The position numbers were made by a program, and so were the translations under genes. From Phyllobates terribilis (taxonomy: Eukaryota), in assembly GCF_046119375.1 (NCBI RefSeq), contig NW_027362768.1, positions 363,940,001 through 364,004,000 on the forward strand: DNA of 64,000 bases. The letters run 5' to 3'. Shown piece after piece: positions 38,490 through 51,140 of this stretch (positions within the stretch are counted from its first letter, which is position 1; each line of letters begins with the position of its first letter). The notes under the pieces are model-generated. The model had not been told where the DNA came from, ran no database searches, and worked only from the letters and a program-made list of their open reading frames with translations.

Positions 38490-41400
38490 ACCTGATTCTA
38501 CACTGTGCATAGGCAGAAATCAGCCAATCACTGGTGTGGGCTGGGTTATACAGAACTCAACATTCAGAGATCTGCAGCAATGAAACCAGTGATTTTTATC
38601 AAAACTGCAGCAAGCAGCCCAGTAAGTGTCAATATGGAAGTGAGTCGCTAATAAGTAACCAGCTCTGATTGTGCCTCATTTTCCTGCCAAAAGTTAATGG
38701 ATCTGTTGACGTGAGAGATTCCTGGCAGGGCGTGTGCCGGGGACGTGTAGGGTAACTCCCATCATCACAGAAGATAATACTCCTATCCTATTACTTTGTG
38801 TGAAAAGCCGAGATCCTCAGGATGGCATCACGTCTTTATCATTGTGCAGAGGGAGAAATCTGAGGTTATTTAATGACCTCGCCACTTCCTTTTCGGGGGG
38901 ACTACCATCTCAGCAGATGTGGCTACTAAAGACTCATGATTAGTGTTGAGCGATACCTTCCGATATCAGGAAATATCGTATCGGATTGGATCGGGCCGAT
39001 ACCCAAAAATTATTGGATATCGCCGATTCCGATACCGGAACCCAATGCAAGTAAATGGGACACAAATATCGGAATGAAAATAAACCCTTTCTTTCCTTGT
39101 AGGTTAATTCTACATGAAGTAAAACAACTAAGAATAATGTAGAATGACATGAAAAGCCGGCAATTCATCAGCGGCATTCACCGGTACCCGACAATTTACA
39201 ACAGAAAGAATAGAGCTTCACACATAGATTAGATAGATAGAAACATGTCAGTCACATATATATGAAGTACAGTGACAGTGTTGCTTACTGTACTTGTCAT
39301 TTAGTGTAAAGGATTTATTTAAAAAAATATTAGTGTTTTCGTGCACCGTCTCTTTAAAAAAGCCGGCCGGCAATTCAGCATCTGTACCCGACAATTTATA
39401 ACAGAAAGAATAGAGCATCACACACAGATTAGATAGATAGAAACATGTCAGTCACATATATATGAAGTACAGTGACAGTGTTGATTACTGTACTTGTCAT
39501 TTAGTGTTAAAATAAAGGATTTATTTAAAAAAAAATTGGCGTGGGGTTCCCCTTAATTTTAGGCTCTAGCGGAGGTTAAGCAGACAGCTGGGGCAGATGT
39601 TTGAAGCCTGGGAAGGGGGTAATACCCACGGAGCTTCCCAGGCTACTAATATCAGCCCCCAGCTGAATACCTAGCCTTTACTAGCTATTAAAATGGGGGA
39701 ACCCCCCAAAAAAATAACGTGGGTTCCCCCCTAATTTAATAGCTAGCAAAGGCTAGGCAGACACCTGGGGGCTGATTTTAATAGCCCAGGAAGGGTGCCA
39801 TGAATATTGGCCCCCTCCCAGGCCAGAAACACCAGCCGTCAGCCGCCCCAGAAATGGCGCATCCATAGGATGCGCCAATTCTGGCACTTAGCCTCGCTCT
39901 TCCCACTGCCCTGTAGCAGTGGCAGTGGGGTAATAGGGCTGGGGTTGATGTCAGCTTATAATGCCAGCTGACATCAAGCCCAGGTTAGTAATGGAGAGGC
40001 GTCTATAAGACACCCCCATTACTAACCCCATAGTCAAAGTTAAAGAAAAACACAAACACCCAGAATAATGTCCTTTAATTGAAATAAACACACAATTCTT
40101 TATTGTTCTAAATTAAACCATACTTAGTCATGCCCATTCCAGCTGAAGCCAACGATCTCCTGCAATAAAAGAAAAATAATAAAGCAACCTCATCCTTACC
40201 TTTCCATGGTTCCCACGACGGCTCCAGCTCTGCTACATCGAGATGACAGGCTGGACCTGCAGAACGCTGCCATCCAGCCTGTCATCCCGCAGACACTGAG
40301 AAGCGCAGGCTTGCTTGCGCTCCTCAGTGTCTGGCTATGACGGCATAAAGATGAGCCGAGGTCATGTCCAATGAACTCAGCTCACCTCATGCACGTCACT
40401 GACAGCGTGGGAAAATTCTCACGCTGAAGCGCTGAGTGCAGGAGAATTTTCCCACGCTGTCAGTGACGTGCATGAGGTGAGGTCATGTCCAATGAACTCA
40501 GCTCACCTCATGCACGTCACTGACAGCGTGGGAAAATTCTCCTGCACTCAGCGCTTCAGCGTGAGAATTCTCCCACGCTGTCAGTGACATACATGAGGTG
40601 AGGTCATGTCCAATGAACTCAGCTCACCTCATGCACGTCACTGACAGCGTGGGAAAATTCTCACGCTGAAGCGCTGAGTGCAGGAGAATTTTCCCACGCT
40701 GTCAGTGACGTGCATGAGGTGAGCTGAGTTCATTGGACATGACCTCGGCTCATCTTTATGCCGTCACAGCCAGACACTGAGGAGTGCAAGCAAGCCTGCG
40801 CTTCTCAGTGTCTGCGGGATGACAGGCTGAATGGCAGCGTTCTGCTGCGGTGCAGCCTGTCATCTCGATGTAGCAGAGCTGAAGCTGTCCTGGGAACCAT
40901 GGAAAGGTAAGGATGAGGTTGCTTTATTATTTTTCTTTTATTGCAGGAGATCGTTGGCTTCAGCTGGAATGGGCGTGATGGTAAGTATGGTTTAATTTAG
41001 AACAATAAAGAATTGTGTGTTTATTTCAATTAAAGGACTTTATTCTGGGTGTTGTGTTTTTTTAAATACTTTACTAGAAATTCATGGCGGTCATGTCTAA
41101 TATTGGCGTGACCCCATGAATTTCGGGCTTAGGGCCAGCTGATAATGCCAAGCTGGCCTTAACCCCTTTATTACCCAGTGAGCCACCGCACCAGGGCCCT
41201 GGATGAGTTGGGTACAGCGCCAGAAGATGGCGCTTCTATGAACGCGCCATTTTCTGGGGCGGCTGCGGACTGTAATTTGCAGCGGGGGGGGGTGCCCAGA
41301 AAGCTTGGGCCTCCCTGCGCTGCAGATTCCAGCCCCCAGCTGCCTAGTTGTACCTGGCTGGACACAAAAATAGGGCGAAGCCCCACGTATTTTTTTTTTA

Positions 41401-44400
41401 AATTATTTCATGAAATTCATGGAATAATTAAGAAAAAAAGGGCTTCCCTATATTGTTGTGTCCGGCTAGGTACAAATAGGCAGCTGGTGGTTGGGGGCAG
41501 CCCGTTCCTGCCTGCTGTACCTGGCTGGACACAAATATAGTGTGAAGCCCCACGTCAATTTTTTTTTAATTATTTCAGGAAATTCATGAAATAATTAAAA
41601 AAAAATTATGTGGGGCTTCGCCCTATATTTGTGTCCAGTCAGGTACAGCAGGCAGGAACGGGCTGCCCCCAACCACCAGCTGCCTATTTGTACCTGGTTG
41701 GACACAACAATAAAGGGAAGCCCTTTTTTTCTTAATTATTCCATGAATTTCATGAAATAATTAAAAAAAAAAAAAAAACGTGGAGCTTCTCCCTATTTTT
41801 GTGTCCAGCCAGGTACAACTAGGCAGCTGGGGGATGGAATCTGCAGTGCAGGGAGACCCAAGCTTTCTGCCCCCCCCCCCCGCTGAAAATTGCAGTCCGC
41901 AGCCGCCCCGGAAAATGGCGCGTTCATAGAAGCTGGATGCTGTACCTAGCTGGCATACAAAAATATGGCGAAGCCCACGTCAAAAGTTTTGGGAAAAATT
42001 AATTAAAAAATAAATAATAATTTAGGGACTGCATCTTTATTAACTCCTCAAATGTCATTTAGTGTTAAAATAAAGGATTTATTTAAAAAAAAAAAAATGG
42101 CGTGGGATCCCCCATAATTTTAGGCTCTAGCGGAGGTTAAGCAGACGGCTGGGGCAGATGTTTGAAGCCTGAGAAGGGGGTAAAACCCACGGAGCTTCCC
42201 AGGCTACTAATATCAGCCCCCAGCTGAATACCTAGCCTTTAATAGCTATTAAAATGGGGGACCCCCCCAAAAAAAATGACGTGGGGTCCCCCCTATTTTA
42301 ATAGCTAGCAAAGGCTAGGCAGACAGCTGGGGGCTGATATTAATAGCCCAGGAAGGGTGCCATGAATAATGGCCCCCTCCCAGGCTAGAAACACCAGCCG
42401 TCAGCCGCCCCAGAAATGGCGCATCCATAGGATGCGCCAATTCTGGCACTTAGCCTCGCTCTTCCACGCTGCCCTGGTGCGGTGGCAGGGGGTAATAGTG
42501 GTGGGGTTCATGTCAGCGCCAGCTGCCATGAAGCCCAGGTTAGTAATGATGGGCGTCTATAAGACACCCCCATTACTAACCTACAAAGTGTTGAAAAGAA
42601 AAAACACACTACACCCAGAAAAAAATAATTTATTTGAAATAGAACACACCATTTTATTTAATTCTTAGTTTACTAAAAATAATAGTTACCTGTCCACGTT
42701 CCTGCGCTGATCTCCCATGCACAGCTGTCACATCTGGAGATGGTGACAGCTGTCATGGCTGCTGTAAGCTCACACTGCCGGGAACACGTCCATTCCCGGC
42801 AGCGTGAGCCCCTGACTGAGGTCACCGGAGTGCATTCAGTCAGCGCAGCTCCGGAGACCTCCTTTATGGCAGTGCTGTACCGTGGGAATTTCTCACGATA
42901 CAGCAGGGCCGTAAAGGAGCTAACCGGAGCAGTGCTGCCTGAACTCCGGCGAACCCTTACAGCCCCGTCATTCTAGCGGCGGCAGCGGTTCAGAGCGGTC
43001 ACATTCTATGTAGCTGCTCTAAACTGGAGATCATCGTGGGACACTCGTGGACTACTACGGAGGGGTAAGGATAAGGTTGTGGTTTATTATTTTATATTTT
43101 ATTACAGGAGATCGATGGCTTCGGGGAATTAGGTGTCTAGGTGAGTATAGGTGTAGTTTTTTATTTTTTACTTTATTTTAGGTGGCGATCGGCAGGGACA
43201 GGTAATGTATGAACTAATTTATTGTAGGTAACCACTGGCCACCAATGACATGTATTTAAAATTTATTGGGGACACAGTAGGGCAATTTAAATAGCAGGAT
43301 CAGGCTGATGGGAACTACTGCTCCCATCGAGCTGATCCTGCTGGCACGAGTGGACGGGGGACAGACATAGGCCGATGGGAGTAGTAGTGTCACATCGGCC
43401 TATGTCTGCCTGCACGCACACACCCGCACACATCGCAGACACCGCGCACACCCTCGCAGACATCGCACAGACACCGCACACATCGCACAGACACCGCACA
43501 CACCCACAAACATCGCACAGACCCGCAGACACCGTACAGACACCCCACACACCCGCACACACACGCAGACATCGCACACACACGCGCACACACACTAATC
43601 ATGACCGGTCTGATGGTCTGGGAGGTGAGGCTGACCTGTGCGGCCGTGGGAAAGTTCATGTGAGTTCATGCAATGCAGTCAAGCATGAACTCACATGAAC
43701 CCTCTGAGGGCACCACAGCTACTTCAAATGAACAGCTGATCAGCATCACCTGATACCTCAGCTGTTCATTTGAAATAACCGGCGGGAAAGCGCAGCACAG
43801 AACGGGAAAGCCGTCGGTGAAGTCTTTTCACTGCCGGCTTCCCCGCCCGGGTCCTTCGCTCCCCGCTCCTTGGTGCTGCGCTCCCCGCCCGGTCCTAACT
43901 TACGATCGGGATGGGAGGTGGCGAGGGGAGCGGAGGATCGGGGTGGGAGGCTGCAGGGAAGCAGTATGGGGCTGTGTGATTGTTTAAAAGCCGGCGGCTT
44001 TTTACCGCGCGCTGGCTTTTAAACAATCAGGAGAATTCTCCCACGCTGGGATGGCATTCTGATGACAGGCTGGATCTCAGCTGAGCGCTGCCACCCAGCT
44101 TGTCATCCTTCAGAGACACTGCAGAGCGCAGGCATTATGGGAACTTCCGATTCCGGTATTCGATATTGTAAAAGTATCGGAATTAAGTATCGGAATTCCG
44201 ATACCGCGAATATCGGCCGATACCCGATATTTCAGTATCGGAATGCTCAACACTACTCATGATGTTTCTTCTCTTTCCAGTCTGCCACACTTCGCCCGTA
44301 CCTCAACACGGTCCGCGCCACCTTACAGGCGGCGATGTGTCTGGAGAACTTCTCCTCGCAGGTGGTGGAAAGACATAACAAACCCGAAGTGGAAGTAAGG

Positions 44401-47400
44401 TAAGAAACCGCAACACCGGCCGGATCCACCTATAGTAACGTCTGCCCTTGTGTCCATTGTCTTGTGTCCATTGTCTTGTTTTTTTTTTTTTAGTTTTTGC
44501 TGCCTGGAAACCATAAGCATGTAGGCTCACTGCTTCGGACAGATCGGTTAGCGTTAAGGTCCTTACCCATAAGAGTGTAGTCACCCACACCTAGCGATTA
44601 CTGCTGGGACTGACTGACTGCATCATGTGTCTGGGGGCGCCCCGACCCTCCCATGACATGGGACTGAGAAGGATCAGGCATGCTGGATTTTTAATATGCC
44701 TGATCTTTTTGTTGTTAGTAGATAAGACATCTCCAAAGACATTGCAGTAGGTTTAGGGACACTTATATGGGCTTTTTAATAAGTTGATCCCCAGTCATTA
44801 CAAACAAGCATCCTAATGAGAGCTTATTAGGCCAATTTGTGTCGGAGTAAAGCTGCTAATTTAACCCATTTTTGATTATATAAATAAAACTCTCTTCTGT
44901 GATTTTCAAAAATGCTGCGGATTTACTGCAATTCTGGCCACAAAAAATACACCACAACCGCTTGTGAACACCGCCTACAAGGTACCTGGCAGGACGTGTC
45001 CATTAATGACGGTAATTGCCATGTAATAAATTACTGCTGCTCCTCCTCCAGATTTGTTTCTGAAAAGAAAAGAACCCAAATGTTCTCGGAACAGATGACA
45101 GCTTGTTGCCACGGAAACGGGGACGTGAAGCCTTTTTCGGAATACGGAACCTTCGGAGATTTTTAAAGGGGAAGTGTCTTAGAGCACAATTACCCCTAGA
45201 TGATACATGTCAAACTCTGGCCCGTGGGTTAAATCTGGCCACAGGGTTGTTATATTTGGCCCGCGGCACCAGAATCACCACCTCTGTGGGGTCCATTATT
45301 CTGTATAGAGGACCATGTGGGGGCCCTTTATTCTGTATGGAGGGAGACTGTGCGCGGGGGCCCGTTGTTCTCTATGGAGGGAGACTGTGCGCGGGGGCCC
45401 GTTGTTCTCTATGGAGGGAGACTGTGCGCGGGGGCCCGTTGTTCTCTATGGAGGGAGACTGTGCGCGGGGGCCCGTTGTTCTCTATGGAGGGAGACTGTG
45501 CGCGGGGGCCCGTTGTTCTCTATGCATGCTGGTTGGCACGTGACTTTGTCTAAGTTTTTCATTTTGGTCCTCTGTGTTTTGAGTTTGACATCCCTGCCCT
45601 AGATTGAGGGAAGCCCTACAGGATGAGGGTGAATGCACTTCAGTCTTTCCAGTCACGACAGCGCACGGCCGTCCAGGTGTATTCAGTACCCCTGCACTTT
45701 TGTAGCTGAGCGCTGCTCTGCAGGAAGAGACTGACAGGCGGCAGCCATTACGCCAGCAGCGCACTTCCTCCGTGCGTTTTCTGACCGTCTCTCTGTATTC
45801 TTTTGCAGGAGTAGTAAAGAGCTGCTCTTACAGCCGGTGGTCATCAGCAGGAACGAGAAGGAGAAAGTTTTGATCGAGGGATCCATTAACTCCGTTCGTG
45901 TCAGCATCGCAGTCAAACAGGTCAGTGGTCCGGAGCAGTCGTCTCCAGCCTGCGACTCTTCAACTACAGCTCCCAGCATGGTTGGGGAGAGACTGATGGG
46001 CTTATTCTTGGACCTTTCTTGCTCGTTAAACCAGAAAATATCAATAATAAAGAATAGTTTCCTCTTTCTTTTTTAGGCCGATGAAATTGAAAAGATTTTA
46101 TGTCACAAATTCATGCGCTTCATGATGATGAGAGCGGAAAATTTCTTTATCCTGCGCAGAAAGCCAGTAGAGGTGAGTGATAATTGGCCGGATCGTAGCG
46201 GGGTCTCGTGATCGGTCACGCAGGACTTTTGTACGTCCTACTAGTCATATCAGCGATGAGACCGACATGCAGACGTCCGTGAAACTCTGCTTGAGCATGG
46301 TCCTGAATGCACGGACTGTCCGCAGTCTCCCAACCTGAACTATACAGATTCATAGGCATATATGGGAGACCCACAGACAGTCCATGCATTCAGGTCCGTG
46401 CTCGGGCACAGTTTCACGGATGATCCCTTAGACCGAGCATGTGAATGGGCGCCATAGAATACCACATTTCCTTTTTGTTGGCATCGGGGTTTTCTGGAAC
46501 AGGTCTCCTTTACAGACATGGTCTATGCCCAGCACATCATTGTCGAGAGAAAAAAAAAAACTTCTCTCGTCCGGATTGCTGGCACGACACGTCACAGCTG
46601 CAGCCAGTGATTCCCCCCATAGGACGTACAGAAATTGGGACTTCTCCTATAGTCTGGACATATGATGCCTGCAAACAATTACTGACCACGGCAGAGACCT
46701 GTTAACAGGTCGGGTGTTCGGCTGTCTGACAGCTGAGAAGCAGCTTAGATACAGTTCTGAGCGCCGTGTAGTGAATAAAGGGAGCTGCACCCGATGATCC
46801 CTGGTTCTCCCTGTGTGGCAGAGCTGCTGGATCTATGGATGCAATATACTGATCTAATGGTTATTCTTCATCCTTTAGATAGATAACACATTATGGCCGG
46901 AGTACCCCTTTAAGTCCGGTGCAGCTCATGTTCCTGGATGCTGTGCATCGCTGCCGCTCACGTGTGAGATTTTCCACCGTCGTCGGTGCCACTCCTGCCG
47001 ATCCTTAGTCGCCGCCTGATGCGTGGGACTAATTGACGTTCCCTTTAGCAGGAACCTATAACGACCCCCCGCTCCGCTCTGTGTGTAAAGAGCTGTTCTT
47101 TATCTTGGTTTTTTTTTTTTTGGTTCCCAGGGCTACGACATCAGCTTCCTGATCACAAACTTCCACACGGAGCAAATGTACAAACACAAGCTGGTGGACT
47201 TTGTGATTCATTTTATGGAGGAGATCGACAAGGAGATCAGTGAAATGAAGCTGTCAGTCAACGCTAGAGCCCGTATCGTAGCCGAGGAGTTCCTAAAAAA
47301 TGTAAGGACGCCCGCCGCACAATGCGCCAGGATGGATCCTTCTACTGTAATTTACAGCCAGATCTGGTTGGCCGCTGAGACCCCAGAAATAAGGGGGTGG

Positions 47401-48848
47401 GGGGGCTGTGTTCGGTTGAGGTGGTCTTGCATATGTAGTCACTTTTGTATATAAAAAGTGAACCATGCTGATAACGTTACCGGTCAAGACACGTGGACGA
47501 TACCTGCAGAACATATATGTGTCTTATCAGGTCAGGATGTTATTTCACGACTCGTTTGCAATGCAGAAGTGAGCGGCGTCTGTCTGCCCCTTTAATGGGA
47601 CTTGGATAAACCATTTTCTCTACTTGGGACCATCCAGAATGGAGAATATGATGCCTATATTGGTCACCCAGTTCTTTACCTTTAAAGGGGTTTTCCAGGC
47701 AAAACCTGCAATTCTGCAGGTGCCAGACTGCGCAATATGCTCGCTGTCAGGATTCGGCTCTGTTTTTCTGTTCACACGATCATCAGGTTTCGGCTCATAT
47801 GCAATTTATATATTTCCGAACACATACTGATTAGTTTGTCATACGCTTCTCTCAATAAAACATTGAGAAATGCAGGAAATATTGAAGGCGAGTATCTAAA
47901 TCGCATGCGAGCGGTCACATGACAGCGACTCAAGAAGGCAAACTGAGCCCAATCCTGACAGTGTGCTGCAGTTTTCCATAAGGATATCGAACTGTGATGT
48001 TTTTCTCTCAATCTTCCAGGAGCCATAACTTTTTTTTTTTTTTTCTTTTAATTTTTCCACTGACATGGCCACATGAGACCCTTTTTTTACGGGTTGTGTT
48101 GTCGTTTTGACACCAATTCATTTTACCATTTAATATATTGAAAAAAAAAAAAATTCCAAGTGAGATGAAATGGTAGGAAAAAAATAAAAATAAAACTAAC
48201 TTTGATTTTTAGGGCATTTAATGTATGGTAAAAAATAATACTTAAACTTATTCTCCAGAAAAGTAATAAAAATAAATTTTGGTTTGTGTCGCCACTTTCT
48301 AAGTACAGTAATTTCTTTGGAGCTGTGTTCGGCATTGGTTTTTCTATGGCAAATGGACCTTTTTTAAAAAAAAAAATTCTCTAGACTGTGCTTTTCGTCT
48401 GGGTTAGTTAAATATTTTAATAGATTGGATTTTTACGGACATAGTGATAGCAAATTGTTTATTTTAATTTTTTATGTAATGTAGCCAGCATATATTGTGT
48501 GGGGTAGGTGATTTTCCCCCTTCGCATAAGTTCACCCCGGCACTGACATACAGTTATGCCATTTGGTGCTAAGCGGTTGAAGGTATTCATCTAGTATAAA
48601 GCTCCAAATCCACTGCAGAGGCAAGACATTAAAACTGCTGACTGCCTGCAGCCACCACTAGAGGGAGCCTACGGCATACAGTGCGCTCTGTATGCAGTAA
48701 GCTCTGGAGCTCCCCCTAGTGGTGACTGCAGGTCTGCAGCAATTAGACATATTACCTTAAAAGTACCGTTGTCCCCTGAGCTGTCTGTATATTGTGTTCT
48801 TGTTCCTCCCTAACTATTGCCTTTTCTTTCTCTCTGTTCCAGTTTTAA
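34035..48848 (+). CDS. ARPC4: Actin-related protein 2/3 complex subunit 4 (p20-Arc), complete CDS, 168 aa
   Basis: Exons 34035-34037 (ATG|gtgagt), 44281-44399, 45809-45920, 46077-46172, 47131-47301 and 48843-48848 (TTT TAA), total 507 nt. Protein reads [47 protein letters not shown]...[12 protein letters not shown]. Confidence 0.98.
34540..35240. repeat. 49-bp tandem array (~14 copies), each with a CCAAT box
   Basis: GGGCTGAGCTCATGGGCTTACTGATTGGCTACAGCGCTTGCCGCAACTC. Period 49 (unit starts at 34801 and 34850). Confidence 0.95.
38401..38488. repeat. (CA)n microsatellite
   Basis: About 43 CA units with one interruption. Confidence 0.98.
40055..41053. repeat. ~1-kb palindrome containing three 121-bp hairpin units
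   Basis: Outer arms are reverse complements (AACACCCAGAATAATGTCCTT.../...AAGGACTTTATTCTGGGTGTT). Units start at 40361, 40482 and 40603. Confidence 0.92.
41230..41932. repeat. ~700-bp palindrome (arms ~350 bp, centre ~41583)
   Basis: CTTCTATGAACGCGCCATTTTC... is mirrored by ...GAAAATGGCGCGTTCATAGAAG. Confidence 0.88.
45340..45522. repeat. 37-bp minisatellite (~5 copies) in ARPC4 intron 2
   Basis: GAGGGAGACTGTGCGCGGGGGCCCGTTGTTCTCTATG. Confidence 0.9.
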
Positions 48849-49788
48849 AGAACGGTTTTGGACAGCAGATGTGACTCCCTCATTTTGCTCCTGGATCTCT
48901 GCATCACTGCCCAGGGTGGCGGGGAATAAAAGGGCGGAGGGAGGGGGCTTGCATTTAGGTGCAGAATTAAGGAAATGGTGAATGTCTGTCAGGTAGACCT
49001 CATGGGGAAATGTACATGGCATGTACCTTCATTCCAAACTCCCCCACAGGATGGGACAGAATATTTTTATTGTTATTTTGAGAGAAGATTTATGTGCTTG
49101 TCTGAACCTGTATTTTTTTTCCTTCCTTTTTTATTATTGCTTTAGATTTCCTTTTTTTTTTTTTCTTTCTGCAATTTGTATACAAAGAAGGTCACTTAAA
49201 GTGATTTTTCAATAAGTGCCCAAAACTGGAACCTTCAGTGGCACTGAAGGGGTTATTCTCGAGTGCATTATCGGCTCTCGCCCTCTTTCTTTCCATTCCT
49301 CTGTCCCCTACATGATTTTTTTTTTATTGTTGTTGGGGGGGTGAAAGTGAAGCAAAGTCGACTAAGGATTGAGTGCACAATACACAGCCTGGTGCGCGTA
49401 TTGTAAGCTGCAGGCGTTCTGCCCCACGACGCGCCTGTCAGCCAGACGGTTCATGGTTATTACGGACAACACCTATATACGGCAGCCATCCTATCCAGAG
49501 GTACTGTAAGGCTTCCCGCACTGCCCGGCCTCATAGTTGTTACAAGGAAGATCGTGAACCCGCAGATCCAACACGTCAGGAAACTGCTTGTCTATATTTG
49601 CACTCCATATGGACTTCTGCCAAACCACATGGTTCATCTAATGACAGTGGAAATTAATTTTAAAAGCACTGGTGTAATCTCCCCACCGCCTGCATCTTGA
49701 GAATTGGCAATCTTCAGAAAGAACAAAAAAAATCACATTCTGTATCTTCTGCTTTTTTTGCACTTAATGTAGATTTTTCTTATTCAAA

Positions 49789-49794
49789 AATAAA
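49789..49794 (+). other. Probable ARPC4 polyadenylation signal
   Basis: AATAAA ending a ~0.95-kb 3' UTR-like region with U-rich tracts. An earlier AATAAA lies at ~48925. Confidence 0.6.
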
Positions 49795-49817
49795 GCCTTT
49801 TTGTCCTGTCTATGGCT

Positions 49818-51140
49818 ATAATTACTATAATACTGCCCCTATGTACAAGAACTGAACGGCTATAATACTGCCCCCTATGTACAAGAATATACTATAATAC
49901 TGCCCCTATGTACAAGAATATTACTACTATAATACTTCCCCTATGTACAGGAATATAACTACTATAATACTGCCCCCTATGTACAAGAATATACTATAAT
50001 ACTGCCCCTATGTACAAGAATATTACTACTATAATACTTCCCCTATGTACAGGAATATAACTACTATAATACTGCCCCCTATGTACAAGAATATAACTAC
50101 TATAATACTGCTCCCTATGTACAAGAATATAACTACTATAATACTGCCCCCTATGTACAAGAATATAACTACTATAATACTGCCCCTATGTACAAGAATA
50201 TTACTACTATAATACTTCCCCTATGTACAGGAATATAACTACTATAATACTGCCCCCTATGTACAAGAATATAACTACTATAATACTGCTCCCTATGTAC
50301 AAGAATATAACTACTATAATACTGCCCCCTATGTACAAGAATATAACTACTATAATACTACCCCTATGTACAAGAATATAACTACTATAATACTGCTCCT
50401 ATGTACAAGAATATAACTACTATAATACTACCCCTATGTACAAGAATATAACTACTATAATACTGCCTCCTATGTACAAGAATATAACTACTATAATACT
50501 GCTCCTATGTACAAGAATATAACTACTATAATACTGCTCCTATGTACAAGAATATAACTACTATAATACTGCTCCTATGTACAAGAATATAACTACTATA
50601 ATACTGCCCCCTATGTACAAGAATATAACTACTATAATACTGCCTCCTATGTACAAGAATATAACTACTATAATACTGCTCCTATGTACAAGAATATACT
50701 ATAATACTGCCTCCTATGTACAAGAATATAACTACTATAATACTGCCTCCTATGTACAAGAATATAACTACTATAATACTGCCTCCTATGTACAAGAATA
50801 TAACTACTATAATACTGCCTCCTATGTACAAGAATATAACTACTATAATACTGCTCCTATGTACAAGAATATAACTACTATAATACTGCCCCCTATGTAC
50901 AAGAATATAACTACTATAATACTGCTCCTATGTACAAGAATATAACTACTATAATACTGCCTCCTATGTACAAGAATATAACTACTATAATACTGCCCCC
51001 TATGTACAAGAATATAACTACTATAATACTGCTCCTATGTACAAGAATATAACTACTATAATACTGCCCCCTATGTACAAGAATATAACTACTATAATAC
51101 TGCTCCTATGTACAAGAATATAACTACTATAATACTACTC
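49818..51140. repeat. 35-36-bp AT-rich tandem array (~37 copies), TATGTACAAGAATATAACTACTATAATACTGCCCCC
   Basis: Continuous period of 33-36 bp. Confidence 0.97.

Larger units (their letters stand above)
38941..44255. mobile_element. Non-autonomous hAT-superfamily DNA transposon (5.3 kb) in ARPC4 intron 1
   Basis: TIRs TAGTGTTGAGC...GCTCAACACTA, with a perfect 8-bp TSD CTCATGAT (38933-38940 and 44256-44263). Clusters of CCGATA/TATCGG subterminal motifs at both ends. No transposase ORF. Confidence 0.93.

Noticed and set aside
9455-51140. CRISPR-like appearance of 36-37-bp repeats
   Set aside because: Units are head-to-tail with no unique spacers, there are no cas genes, and the context is a vertebrate genome.
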